IMG/VR virus record: IMGVR_UViG_3300012952_000102
Location: 1-27,429 of that record
DNA: 27,429 bases
Direction: 5' to 3' (one strand)
DNA from: a virus
Taxonomy: Duplodnaviria > Caudoviricetes
The notes beneath the pieces were generated by a model that ran no database searches, had not been told where the DNA came from, and saw only the letters and a program-made list of their open reading frames with translations. Position 1 is the first letter of the stretch. Each line of letters opens with the position of its first letter. Of this stretch, positions 18,225-27,148 are shown piece by piece. Made by a program: the position numbers and the translations under genes.

Positions 18225-19965
18225 GAACGACAATTCAATGGAAAACATGAGGCTAACAAACGTTAGTCAGCAGGATCCGTTAAGCCAAGCTCGAGAACTT
18301 CAGTTGTGGCAGCAAGCTCAAATGTATGCTGGGCAACGACCATTTAGTCAGCAATATGTCGGGCCAGATGGGACTTCAGCAGTGCCCGGCTTTACTGGTC
18401 TACAAAGTCAAGCACAAGACTATTTAGGGTCAGCAATTTTTGGCAATCAGTATTCGCCAGAAAACTTAGGGTTTACTGGGTATACGCGCCCTGAAGGTGT
18501 TGCTGGTTCTCCAAGTTTTGCATTTACGCAAAATCAAATCAATCCAAGCCAAGTCGATCCTTGGAATCCCGCACCTCCACCTGTTCCGACGACACCAGGT
18601 GCGCCACCACCAGTTGGGCCGTGGAACCCTCCGACACCACCACCGCCAGTGCCTGGTGGCCCTCCGGGCGGTGATCCTTCAGATCCTCCAGTAATCGGTG
18701 GACCGTATGTGCCCACCCCGCCGGGTGGTCCGACTGTTCCGCCTCCAACTACAGTCAAGCCGTCACCTGGTGACGTAAACGTAGGAATGGGTGGGGCACT
18801 TTATCGCGACCCGTCACTAGCAAAACCAACTGGTTTTTCTAGCGACCCTGCGACACTTGCTCGACAACAAGCACAGCAAGCACAGTTTATGGCAAGCTCA
18901 CAGGTAAACCCTGTTACTGGTCAACGGGAAATGATAGGGGGGACCGCAGATGTTTTAGGAGGCGATAGGACGAGAACAGCAAGCCAAATGGCTGTGCCAA
19001 CAGATCCAATGGCAGGAATTAAATACGCTGACTCTCGTTTTGGCTATGCAAAGGCACCCGCTGGACCAGATTTTATGCCCCAGCCGATGCCACAACCGTC
19101 ACCAGACATAATGCCGCAGCCTGTCGGACCGTTAATGCCTGAGACGCCAATAGAGATAGCACCCCCACCCCCACCTGCACCGCCTATATCACAACCTTCT
19201 GAGGGTCAAGGATATTTACGACCTGGCGAAATGGGTACTAGCCCTACAGTAGGTTTAAATCCAATTCAGTTAAGCCAGATGGCTAACCGAAGGATGCTTG
19301 AAGAAGCTCAAGGTCCGATGGCGACCACTTCGTCGATTTTTGATGATCCGCGCACGGTTGAGGATTACATGAATCGGATCGGCGTAGATGCACAACGGGC
19401 ACAAGCTCAAGATGATTACGAGCGCATTCAAAATCAAATACAAGCAACGCAAGCTGGAACTGGTGCGTTTGCTTCTACTAATGCTCGAGGCGAGCTTCAA
19501 AATGTTCAAGCTGGTAGTGATCACTTACGAAACTTGGCAGCTATAGAAGGCGCTGGGTATCGAGATGCTGCTGCGGCGATGCGAGAAGCTGCTGCGGCTC
19601 GTACCGATACGTCTCGTCTCAACGTTGACGCTGCAACAGAGTTTCGACGCCAACAAGCTGCGTTAGCTGATCAGTACGCAGATCTTGGGTTACGCGAACA
19701 AGGTGCAACGTTTGCTGCAGGAGATGTTGCTAGAGGCTTAGGGCAAGACCAACGCGACGTTCGAGTGCAACAAGCCGCTCAAGATTACGAACAGTGGTTA
19801 CGAGGCCAGCAAGGTGGCGCAGAGGCGATGGCTCTGATGCGTGGAATGTTGCCAGGGGCTGGATATCAAACCTATGAGCGCAAGCCTAGCGTCTGGGGTC
19901 AAATCGGAGCCTTCGCGTTAAACGCAGCAAACACTGCCTCTAGATTCAAAAACCCGACTGCCTAA
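18217..19965 (+). CDS. probable ejection / internal virion protein 1, Pro-rich
   Basis: Q/A/G-rich helical C-terminal half (AGTGAFASTNARG), two Pro-rich tracts; gene position; GGAGAG upstream. Confidence 0.65.
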   Translation: MAKNDNSMENMRLTNVSQQDPLSQARELQLWQQAQMYAGQRPFSQQYVGPDGTSAVPGFTGLQSQAQDYLGSAIFGNQYSPENLGFTGYTRPEGVAGSPSFAFTQNQINPSQVDPWNPAPPPVPTTPGAPPPVGPWNPPTPPPPVPGGPPGGDPSDPPVIGGPYVPTPPGGPTVPPPTTVKPSPGDVNVGMGGALYRDPSLAKPTGFSSDPATLARQQAQQAQFMASSQVNPVTGQREMIGGTADVLGGDRTRTASQMAVPTDPMAGIKYADSRFGYAKAPAGPDFMPQPMPQPSPDIMPQPVGPLMPETPIEIAPPPPPAPPISQPSEGQGYLRPGEMGTSPTVGLNPIQLSQMANRRMLEEAQGPMATTSSIFDDPRTVEDYMNRIGVDAQRAQAQDDYERIQNQIQATQAGTGAFASTNARGELQNVQAGSDHLRNLAAIEGAGYRDAAAAMREAAAARTDTSRLNVDAATEFRRQQAALADQYADLGLREQGATFAAGDVARGLGQDQRDVRVQQAAQDYEQWLRGQQGGAEAMALMRGMLPGAGYQTYERKPSVWGQIGAFALNAANTASRFKNPTA

Positions 19966-21881
19966 TGTCTTACACTACTCCACAACAATGGCTTGCGATG
20001 CTGCGGAGCCATCCGAACCAGAGAGTTACCAGTTTTCGCGATAGTGGCCCGGGCGGGATCTTGGATGCTACGGGTGGTTTTGCTACGCGCTCGAGCGTTA
20101 ATCCAAGTAGAGATTGGCGCACGATGTTGGCAGATTTTGAAACTATTAACAGCCTCAGACAGCCCCCTGGAGGTCCTCAAGCCCAACAACAGTTAACGGG
20201 ACCGCGAAATGTGCGAGAAACGTTAGCGATGGCCCCAGGCAGTTTTGTAGCTGAGACAGAGGTTGAACCATTTGGTCCTTCGTTAGATCGTACCCCACCG
20301 ATTATTCCGGATTACGATCCATCGATGATGGAAGGAATGTTCCCTGGTTCACGGGCAACAGACGCGAACGCAGCTATGATGAACCTTCAGTTACCTGAAC
20401 AGATCGGAGCTGAAGATGGGCCGCAGGGATTTTTTAGCCGGATCTCTTCGTATTTCGGTGAGAATCCAGAAGTTTTAGGTGCGACCGCAGCCCGTATGTC
20501 GGAAGTAGCCAGCCAACCAGGTGCCTCATTTTTACAATCACTCAACGCGGGCATCGGAGCTGGAGTCCAGCAATCGGCTGTAAACAAAGCAGCCCAAACC
20601 GCTCAAGAGCGGTATGACAATCAATTGCAACTAGCAAGGCTAAATCAAGCAAATGAGGTTGCCGCTCGAGAAGCTGCGCTTCGTGCGATGTTTGAGAAAT
20701 ACGGCGTTGATGATGACATTCGAGCGCAATTGATAGGATCTGCTAGAGACGAAACAGCTTTTGCAGAAGTTATGGATATGTTTGAGCCAACTCCGGCAGC
20801 TTCAACGCCTGGAGGGCTTCAAGTGGCTGAGGCGCTAATAGCAACGGAGAAAAGAATTCGTGATCTAGAGGCTATCGATCCAGCGCAACGTACCACACAG
20901 GACGAAGAAGAACTGGCCGACGCCAAAGCTGCACTCCCGTACTTGGAACGTGCCCAGACACCGCTACCGTCAGGTCCAGCGCTTCCACCTAATGTGCGAG
21001 CAGAGGACACCATACATGATGTAGCGGAAGACATTTACGCTCATCACCGCCTAGGCACATACAGACCGAACATATCGCCAGTACCGCCAGAAGCGTATCG
21101 ATATCAAGCTAGAATAGATCTACTACCAGAAGCTCTAAAAGTGCTAGACAACGATAAAGCTACTGAGTTAGGCGCTTGGAATAGTGGTGGTAGCACAGCC
21201 CATCGAGTGAAACTCGAAAAGTTTGATGAGCTGATCAATTATCTTTCCCAAGACCCTGAAGAACAAGAAGTAACAGGTGCAATGCTTCAACTTTTCAGAG
21301 AAATTGTTGGAGAAACTGTGTTTGCAGGAGTAGAAGTAGACGCAGTTGATGCTCGTAACTTGGTTGAAAGCATTGTTTTTGAAACGTTGCGCGAAACACT
21401 TGGCCCAGCGTTTACTCAAGCAGAAGGTGAAAATTTAGTTGCGGCCTCGTATAACCCTGCATTGCCACCCGCAACCAACCTTCGGCGCATACGGAAACTG
21501 CAAAGCGCTGCGCTAGAGAGTGGTCAACTAAAAGACGCTGAGTCTCGTTATCTGCGAGAATATGAAACTATGGGTGGATACCATGATTATATGTCAGGGG
21601 CGTTCTCTCATGCCCAACCTGACCCAGCCGATGCTCAATTGTACGAACGTTTTGTTATTCGACCAGGCGAATCATCTGCATTGCTTGCAGACTTGATTGA
21701 TCCTAGCGATTACACAGGCTTGTCAGATGAAGCCCGTACACAGGCTATTAACGCCGACGTAGCAGCATTAGGTCCGCGAAACGTCATATCACTAGCAGAG
21801 CGTTTGAGAGCCGAAGGGATGTCTCCAAGCGATCCACTAATGTCAGCGTTGTTAGCTGAAATAAATCGAGGAAGATTTTAA
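19965..21881 (+). CDS. probable ejection / internal virion protein 2
   Basis: 638 aa, TAATG-coupled; ETLRETLGPAFTQAEGENL...YNP.L motif; gene position. Confidence 0.65.
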   Translation: MSYTTPQQWLAMLRSHPNQRVTSFRDSGPGGILDATGGFATRSSVNPSRDWRTMLADFETINSLRQPPGGPQAQQQLTGPRNVRETLAMAPGSFVAETEVEPFGPSLDRTPPIIPDYDPSMMEGMFPGSRATDANAAMMNLQLPEQIGAEDGPQGFFSRISSYFGENPEVLGATAARMSEVASQPGASFLQSLNAGIGAGVQQSAVNKAAQTAQERYDNQLQLARLNQANEVAAREAALRAMFEKYGVDDDIRAQLIGSARDETAFAEVMDMFEPTPAASTPGGLQVAEALIATEKRIRDLEAIDPAQRTTQDEEELADAKAALPYLERAQTPLPSGPALPPNVRAEDTIHDVAEDIYAHHRLGTYRPNISPVPPEAYRYQARIDLLPEALKVLDNDKATELGAWNSGGSTAHRVKLEKFDELINYLSQDPEEQEVTGAMLQLFREIVGETVFAGVEVDAVDARNLVESIVFETLRETLGPAFTQAEGENLVAASYNPALPPATNLRRIRKLQSAALESGQLKDAESRYLREYETMGGYHDYMSGAFSHAQPDPADAQLYERFVIRPGESSALLADLIDPSDYTGLSDEARTQAINADVAALGPRNVISLAERLRAEGMSPSDPLMSALLAEINRGRF

Positions 21882-23533
21882 TGCCTCATAACGCTTTTCA
21901 TGCTACGCCTGGCTTGCTGTCCCCACCTCGCCCAGCTCAACAAGCTGCCTCGGTTGACGATGACGATTATTGGGCAGATGTCTTGTCCAATGCTGGCCCT
22001 TCAACAGTACAATTGCTTAAAGATTTGATTCAACCGTTTGTGCATCCGATTGAAACGTTTGAGGGTCTAAAGAGTTTAGCTACTGACGCAGAAACTCAAG
22101 CAGCAGTGGGCGAATATCTAAGTGATCAATATGGTAGCATAGACGCTATTCAAGCATCGTTCCGGGAAAATCCAGTTGGAGTGGCATCAGACGTTCTTGG
22201 AATGATTTCACTGGTTTCGCCCGCTGCTGGGTTTGGTGCTGCCAGGTTAACGGGTAAAGCAGCAACAATGGCGGGTAAGGTAGCTGATATCTCACGCACG
22301 GTCGGAAAACTGGATCCAGCCTTTCAAGCGGTAAATTTGCCCGTCCAAGGTGTTCGATTGCCTTTTTCGAATTTGCAAACGCCAAACATCCGTTCTGCGT
22401 TACCAGCAATAACTGGAGTAACCACGGGTGTCGGAACGGGCACCGCTGCTCGAGCGTTAGAAACTGGTTTAGAGGGAGGCGCTCGAGGGACAGCGTTCAG
22501 GACGGGCATAAGAGGAAGTTCAGACGTTACTGACTTGGTCAATCGGTTGAGAAGTGAGTTAGATAGGATTGGATCTCGCCGTCGCGCAAAATACAAGCAA
22601 CAAAAATCTCAACTAGCAAACAGCGTAGTAGATCCCTCTGAAATACGAAACGTAATAGACAATCTCCGGGCCGAACGGTTAGCAGGAGGAGGTCCAGACG
22701 CTGGAGACAAGATCCTTGCTCGGTTAAAGCAAATTGAAGATTTGCTTGACGATCGAGTTGCTCGAGGCGACAACACTGTAGTTGGGATGGACACGTTAAA
22801 GCAAAACATTCGCGACTTGTCTTCTAGAAACATGGGTGAAATAGATCCAGCTTCAGCAATTACGATGCGGATTGCGGATTCTATTGGCGAAGAAATTGGC
22901 AAAGTTGATGCTCGTTATATCGAAATGATGAAAGATTACGAGCTGGCTAAGGCGTTAGAGACTGAACTGCGAACAGCATTTGCATCCAGAAACAATAATG
23001 TTGCCCAACAAGCGATGAAACGCTTAATGCAAGCGACCCGTGAGAACGTAAACTCAGACATGGGTGGCTTAGCGGATATGTTAGAAGGCATCGACCCGTT
23101 GTTACTAGATGAAGTGTCTGGTCGGGCAATGAATCCTCTTGCTCCCGTAGGTATACAGCGGACAGTAGCGGGTGGATTATTCGGAGGCGCACTTGGTTAC
23201 GATCCGGGACGCTTGCCAAGGATGCTTCCATCAATGGCGATGACAAGCCCACGGTTAGTAGGCGAAACATTGCACGGTATAGGAAGGACTACAAGTGCTG
23301 TTGCGCCTGTCGTACCAGCGGGCATTCGGGCAGCACGGCAAGCAGGGATTGCATCGCAAATTCCGTACGCTCCAGGGCAAAACCCAAGGCAAGAGCAAGG
23401 GCTGACTCGACAGCCAATAATGCCAGGGGGACCAACAAGCGGCGCGACATATGACGATCTTGTAGTATCACCAGAGCTTCAAGATCTGTTGGAAGAATGG
23501 AAGCGTTCTAACTCAGACGTTAGAAGAAGATGA
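21881..23533 (+). CDS. probable ejection / internal virion protein 3
   Basis: 550 aa, TAATG-coupled; ENPVGV..D and SPRLVGE motifs typical of such proteins; MPHNAFH N-terminus. Confidence 0.65.
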   Translation: MPHNAFHATPGLLSPPRPAQQAASVDDDDYWADVLSNAGPSTVQLLKDLIQPFVHPIETFEGLKSLATDAETQAAVGEYLSDQYGSIDAIQASFRENPVGVASDVLGMISLVSPAAGFGAARLTGKAATMAGKVADISRTVGKLDPAFQAVNLPVQGVRLPFSNLQTPNIRSALPAITGVTTGVGTGTAARALETGLEGGARGTAFRTGIRGSSDVTDLVNRLRSELDRIGSRRRAKYKQQKSQLANSVVDPSEIRNVIDNLRAERLAGGGPDAGDKILARLKQIEDLLDDRVARGDNTVVGMDTLKQNIRDLSSRNMGEIDPASAITMRIADSIGEEIGKVDARYIEMMKDYELAKALETELRTAFASRNNNVAQQAMKRLMQATRENVNSDMGGLADMLEGIDPLLLDEVSGRAMNPLAPVGIQRTVAGGLFGGALGYDPGRLPRMLPSMAMTSPRLVGETLHGIGRTTSAVAPVVPAGIRAARQAGIASQIPYAPGQNPRQEQGLTRQPIMPGGPTSGATYDDLVVSPELQDLLEEWKRSNSDVRRR

Positions 23534-23847
23534 TATTTGAGATCCTCGCTGACGAGAAAGGCAAACTGTCAGCTGCTCGAGTCTTGCTTACCGCTTCGTT
23601 GGCGTTTACAGCCGTTCTAATCATCTTTGACGCTATCCTGTGGGCAACGGTGCCGAATGCTGCCTACGCGCTGTTAGGGACGATTTTTACGGGCTTGCTC
23701 GGATGGACAGCTGGTCCTCGGATCGCTCAGTATTTTGGGCCACAGCTCGGCTCAATAGCGTCAGGTATTGGTGCATCCCTGCAACGCGAACCGCAACGTC
23801 CTACCACGTTGGACAACAGCCCAGACTTTTATGATCACGAAAGATGA
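23530..23847 (+). CDS. putative holin
   Basis: D.KGKLS..R motif followed by two transmembrane segments; immediately before the endolysin. Confidence 0.65.
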   Translation: MIFEILADEKGKLSAARVLLTASLAFTAVLIIFDAILWATVPNAAYALLGTIFTGLLGWTAGPRIAQYFGPQLGSIASGIGASLQREPQRPTTLDNSPDFYDHER

Positions 23848-24328
23848 GTGGATCAAAACTTGTGGCACGGCTCTATACAAAAAAAGATGTACGAACTTCC
23901 ACCCACTTGAGATTGCTGACGTTGGACGCCAGGCCGTAGCGTATGCCGCTGATCGCAACGATCGGCCCCGCTGGGAATCGTTTCTAAAGGCTCCTAAGCC
24001 TGAACTGCTAGACAACATCTTACAACTAGCAGAGTTGTTGTCGGAATTTCGTGCCGCTGAACCTGTTGGGTCGGTTTTGGTAAATTCGTGGTATCGAGAT
24101 TCGCTTTACAATTACACCATTGGTGGTGCTACCCATTCGATGCATATGACAGGTGGCGCAGCAGATATCGTTAAAACTGGTTGGACGACGCATGAGGTTG
24201 CCACCTGGTTTGAGCAACACAAAAACGCTGACGATCTAGGGGTCGGTCGATACAAGACGTTTACTCACGTTGACATTCGAGGTCGTTTGGGGCGAAAAGC
24301 TCCAGCGCGTTGGGGTTCTAGTGAGTAA
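23831..24328 (+). CDS. endolysin, peptidase M15A family (Zn D-Ala-D-Ala peptidase fold)
   Basis: VNSWYR...YN..IGGA..S.H..G.AADI and GVGRY..FTHVDIRG with the H/D/H zinc ligands. ATG 23831 preferred. Confidence 0.88.
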   Translation: MITKDEWIKTCGTALYKKRCTNFHPLEIADVGRQAVAYAADRNDRPRWESFLKAPKPELLDNILQLAELLSEFRAAEPVGSVLVNSWYRDSLYNYTIGGATHSMHMTGGAADIVKTGWTTHEVATWFEQHKNADDLGVGRYKTFTHVDIRGRLGRKAPARWGSSE

Positions 24329-24620
24329 GGCTGGGTTGAGCAAAAACAGCACACTGCCGGCAGTGTCTGTTGGCTTTGCGATTTCAATTTTAATTGCTAC
24401 CTGGGTGGCTGGCACCAGATTTGAACGGATGGACAGGGCCGACACTCAAGCTATGGTAGAAATACAAGACTTAGGCGACAGGCAACGTCGATACATCGGG
24501 ACAACGGGGATTCTCACGAAACGTCTCGAGGAGATTGATCAGCGCCTCGCTAAGCTCGAAACACAGCTCGCCTTACTGGAACAGCAACTTGAATCCTACA
24601 TTCAAGGGCGTAGTCCATGA
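24321..24620 (+). CDS. membrane-anchored coiled-coil protein
   Basis: GTG start overlapping the endolysin end; one TM segment and a heptad C-terminus. Start uncertain. Confidence 0.6.
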   Translation: MSKAGLSKNSTLPAVSVGFAISILIATWVAGTRFERMDRADTQAMVEIQDLGDRQRRYIGTTGILTKRLEEIDQRLAKLETQLALLEQQLESYIQGRSP

Positions 24621-25270
24621 TCTATTCGTTGTTCTATGAAACAAAAGAACGCATCCCTGGGTGGTCGATTGGAGTAATCTTAGCACTGTTGGCGGTTGCT
24701 CTTTTATTTCAAAGTGCAACACAATCAAGCTACTGGCGCGGTGTTGCTGATGACGCATCTAACCGTCTCGAGGAGCAACAACTTGTAGTCGATTCAATTG
24801 AGAACGTAGCTGACTCGTTAGCAATCCAGCTGGATCTTGCCAACGTTCGTGTCGTTGAACAACGCGAAATAGCTGAATTAGAAGTTGCCAGGCTAACGTT
24901 GATCCAGCACACAGCTCAAATACGATCGGAACAATTAAGTGTTTCGTTACGCGCCAGCCTGGACTCTGCTCAAGCAAAAGAGCTAGACGCTGTCGTGGAA
25001 AGTTACGAACAGCAAATCGACGCATTAGAATCGATGCTTGAGGTTGAGAGAGAGCTGACCGCCGCTGAACGCCTTAGAGCGACTGAGGCGACGGCTTTAG
25101 CGGTAAGTCTGCAAGCAGTTGTCGTTGAGCACGAAGCTGCAGCTCAGATAATGGCAACAGAGATTGAAGCTCTTCGATCGGCAATTAAGCCAAGCCTGGG
25201 CTTGAGAATTAAAGCTGATTGGTGGCTGGCTGCTGTTGGGTTTGTCGCTGGTGTTGCTCTAAGTAAATGA
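24617..25270 (+). CDS. long coiled-coil protein with hydrophobic ends (spanin-like candidate)
   Basis: N-terminal TM, ~150-aa coiled coil and C-terminal WWLAAVGFVAGVAL; lies in the lysis cluster. Confidence 0.55.
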   Translation: MIYSLFYETKERIPGWSIGVILALLAVALLFQSATQSSYWRGVADDASNRLEEQQLVVDSIENVADSLAIQLDLANVRVVEQREIAELEVARLTLIQHTAQIRSEQLSVSLRASLDSAQAKELDAVVESYEQQIDALESMLEVERELTAAERLRATEATALAVSLQAVVVEHEAAAQIMATEIEALRSAIKPSLGLRIKADWWLAAVGFVAGVALSK

Positions 25271-26598
25271 GTCCTCGAGCAATACCTTGGACCGCCGAAG
25301 AAGACGAGTTCATTCGTAAGGCAGCGAAACAAGGGTTAAAAAACCGACAAATCGTCAAGCTCTTTGAACGGCAATTTGGAACAACGCGAACAAAGTTTGC
25401 AATCAGAAAACGGCGAGCAAATTTGTACGAACCGCCAGAAGATATTGAGCCAGAGTTATCGGATTACAGCAACTACCCAGGCGAGATTGACGAAGCAATT
25501 GATCTGAAATTCGTAGACGATGTCGGGTACGTTTCGGTGGCCGCTTCTGCAACGGTTAAAAATCCAGAAGAGTTGTTTGCAAAAACGGACCTAGACCCCG
25601 AGGTCTGGGAAATTGTAGACAAGTCGCCTGTGCGGAAGTGGGATGTCCCAATGAAGATTAATGACAAGCCCATTGTCGTGCCCTGCTACTATGTCGCTAT
25701 CAAGGTGCAGAAAAAATGGGAACACTCGAGCTTGCCACAACCAATTGTGGTAGAGGTCGAAGTCCCGAAAACAAAAACTGGCGTGAGGTCAAAAGACACG
25801 TTTACCTCAGTCCATTATTCCGACATCCATTTTCCGCATCACGACCCAACCACCTTAAACGTGTTGTACGACATTCTGTCCCAGCTCGAGCACGAAGGTG
25901 GCGTAGATTTAGTCGTTGATCACGGCGACTTGCTGGACGCAGAACAGCTCAGCCGTTGGCCGAAAGACCCGCACAAACGGACATCTTTGCGCGATGAACT
26001 GTTAATGGCGGCGAAGCATTGTGGAATTGTTAATGCTTTAACTCCGGACGCTGAGCACTGGTTTTTGGCTGGCAACCATGAAGCTCGGATTACAAAAACG
26101 ATTTGGGCTCTTTGCGAATCACGCTCAGCTGGCGAATTGTTGACGTTGCCAGAGGTAACTGAGACGATGCAGATCCAAAACTTGTTAGGGCTGACTAAGT
26201 CGGGTTGGGAGTACACGCCCTACCCCAAGCATCGAATTCTTTTTGACAAGCTCGTTCTCTGTCATGGCGAGACAGCGAAGAAACACAGCGGTGCATCTGA
26301 GCGAGCTGAATACGAGCGGTACGGCAAGGGAGGCGCAAGCGGACACACGCATCGTGTAGGCCACTACTCGCTCCGGAATGCTCACGGCACCCATTCCTGG
26401 TGGGGCATGGGCATGATGGGAAAAGTCCGGGACGATTACACTAGCTTCCCAAATTGGAGCCAAGGATTTTTGGTGATAACGTGGAGCGAAGACCGAAGCG
26501 AATATCACGTTGAACGAGTTCGCATCTTTGACGGCGTCGGATACTTTCGGGGCCATCGATATGATGGAAATGAAAAAGACGCTAAACGCAGCAGTTAG
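25267..26598 (+). CDS. calcineurin-like metallophosphoesterase with N-terminal HTH-like region
   Basis: All five motifs present: SDIH, GDLLD, GNHE, HG, GHTH. The N-terminus WTAEEDEFIR...RT..AIR.R is HTH/Myb-like. Confidence 0.88.
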   Translation: MSPRAIPWTAEEDEFIRKAAKQGLKNRQIVKLFERQFGTTRTKFAIRKRRANLYEPPEDIEPELSDYSNYPGEIDEAIDLKFVDDVGYVSVAASATVKNPEELFAKTDLDPEVWEIVDKSPVRKWDVPMKINDKPIVVPCYYVAIKVQKKWEHSSLPQPIVVEVEVPKTKTGVRSKDTFTSVHYSDIHFPHHDPTTLNVLYDILSQLEHEGGVDLVVDHGDLLDAEQLSRWPKDPHKRTSLRDELLMAAKHCGIVNALTPDAEHWFLAGNHEARITKTIWALCESRSAGELLTLPEVTETMQIQNLLGLTKSGWEYTPYPKHRILFDKLVLCHGETAKKHSGASERAEYERYGKGGASGHTHRVGHYSLRNAHGTHSWWGMGMMGKVRDDYTSFPNWSQGFLVITWSEDRSEYHVERVRIFDGVGYFRGHRYDGNEKDAKRSS

Positions 26599-26786
26599 GA
26601 CCGCACACGAAGCGTCTCTCTCTTTCGGGGCAGACCCACGGGACAGGCTCTTTGCCTACCCTCTCACAGAGACTTGTGCTAGGCAACGATGAGCGTTTCG
26701 TCCGGCAACCCCTAGCGCCTACTGCTTCCGACTACTCGCTTCCTGTCCTGCGTTGTTGCCTACGCAAAGATACATGAGGTAGCTAC

Positions 26787-26817
26787 AAAAAAAAGTGGCC
26801 CCAACCTTCGGGACCAC
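26787..26817 (-). terminator. rho-independent terminator of the convergent operon
   Basis: The minus strand reads GTGGTCCC-GAAGGTT-GGGGCCAC-T8. Confidence 0.8.
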
Positions 26818-26834
26818 CTCTTTCCGTTTGGCTC

Positions 26835-26939
26835 TTATCGTCGTCGCTCAAACCACCATTCAAGAACTAAGGCGATAATCAAAAACGTGTACAGCACACC
26901 ACCGACTGCAAGCACAAACGTCAAATCGTCGTATGGCAT
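26835..26939 (-). CDS. 34-aa single-TM peptide (not in the ORF track)
   Basis: MPYDDLTFVLAVGGVLYTFLIIALVLEWWFERRR; AGGAGG upstream; TGATG overlap with the upstream gene; ends just before the terminator. Confidence 0.75.
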   Translation of the reverse strand: MPYDDLTFVLAVGGVLYTFLIIALVLEWWFERRR

Positions 26940-27148
26940 CAGCCCTCCTCCTGAGATCGCCAAGATTCTCGCCTTTCTGGGTCTGCTTTCAGTAACTGGA
27001 CGCGAGTAATCAGATCAGTCGTTTCTGTCCGAACGTCAAAGGGAAAGTCTAGATCTCCCTGCTCTTCAGCCTCTCGTAACACTTGTAGCACCTGAATCAT
27101 GTGATCGCGGTTTCTTACATAGACGCTGACCGTGTGACGATGTGTCAT
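26939..27148 (-). CDS. hypothetical protein (69 aa)
   Basis: GAGGG upstream; TAATG-coupled to the upstream ORF. Confidence 0.75.
   Translation of the reverse strand: MTHRHTVSVYVRNRDHMIQVLQVLREAEEQGDLDFPFDVRTETTDLITRVQLLKADPERRESWRSQEEG

Noticed and set aside
1124-26556. Many 60-145 aa antisense or alternate-frame ORFs in the track
   Set aside because: They are shadows of long, motif-bearing + strand genes, with no independent evidence.
26684-26706. Hammerhead ribozyme (GGACGAAAC on the - strand, GATGAG on the + strand)
   Set aside because: The core elements are on opposite strands and CUGANGA is absent.
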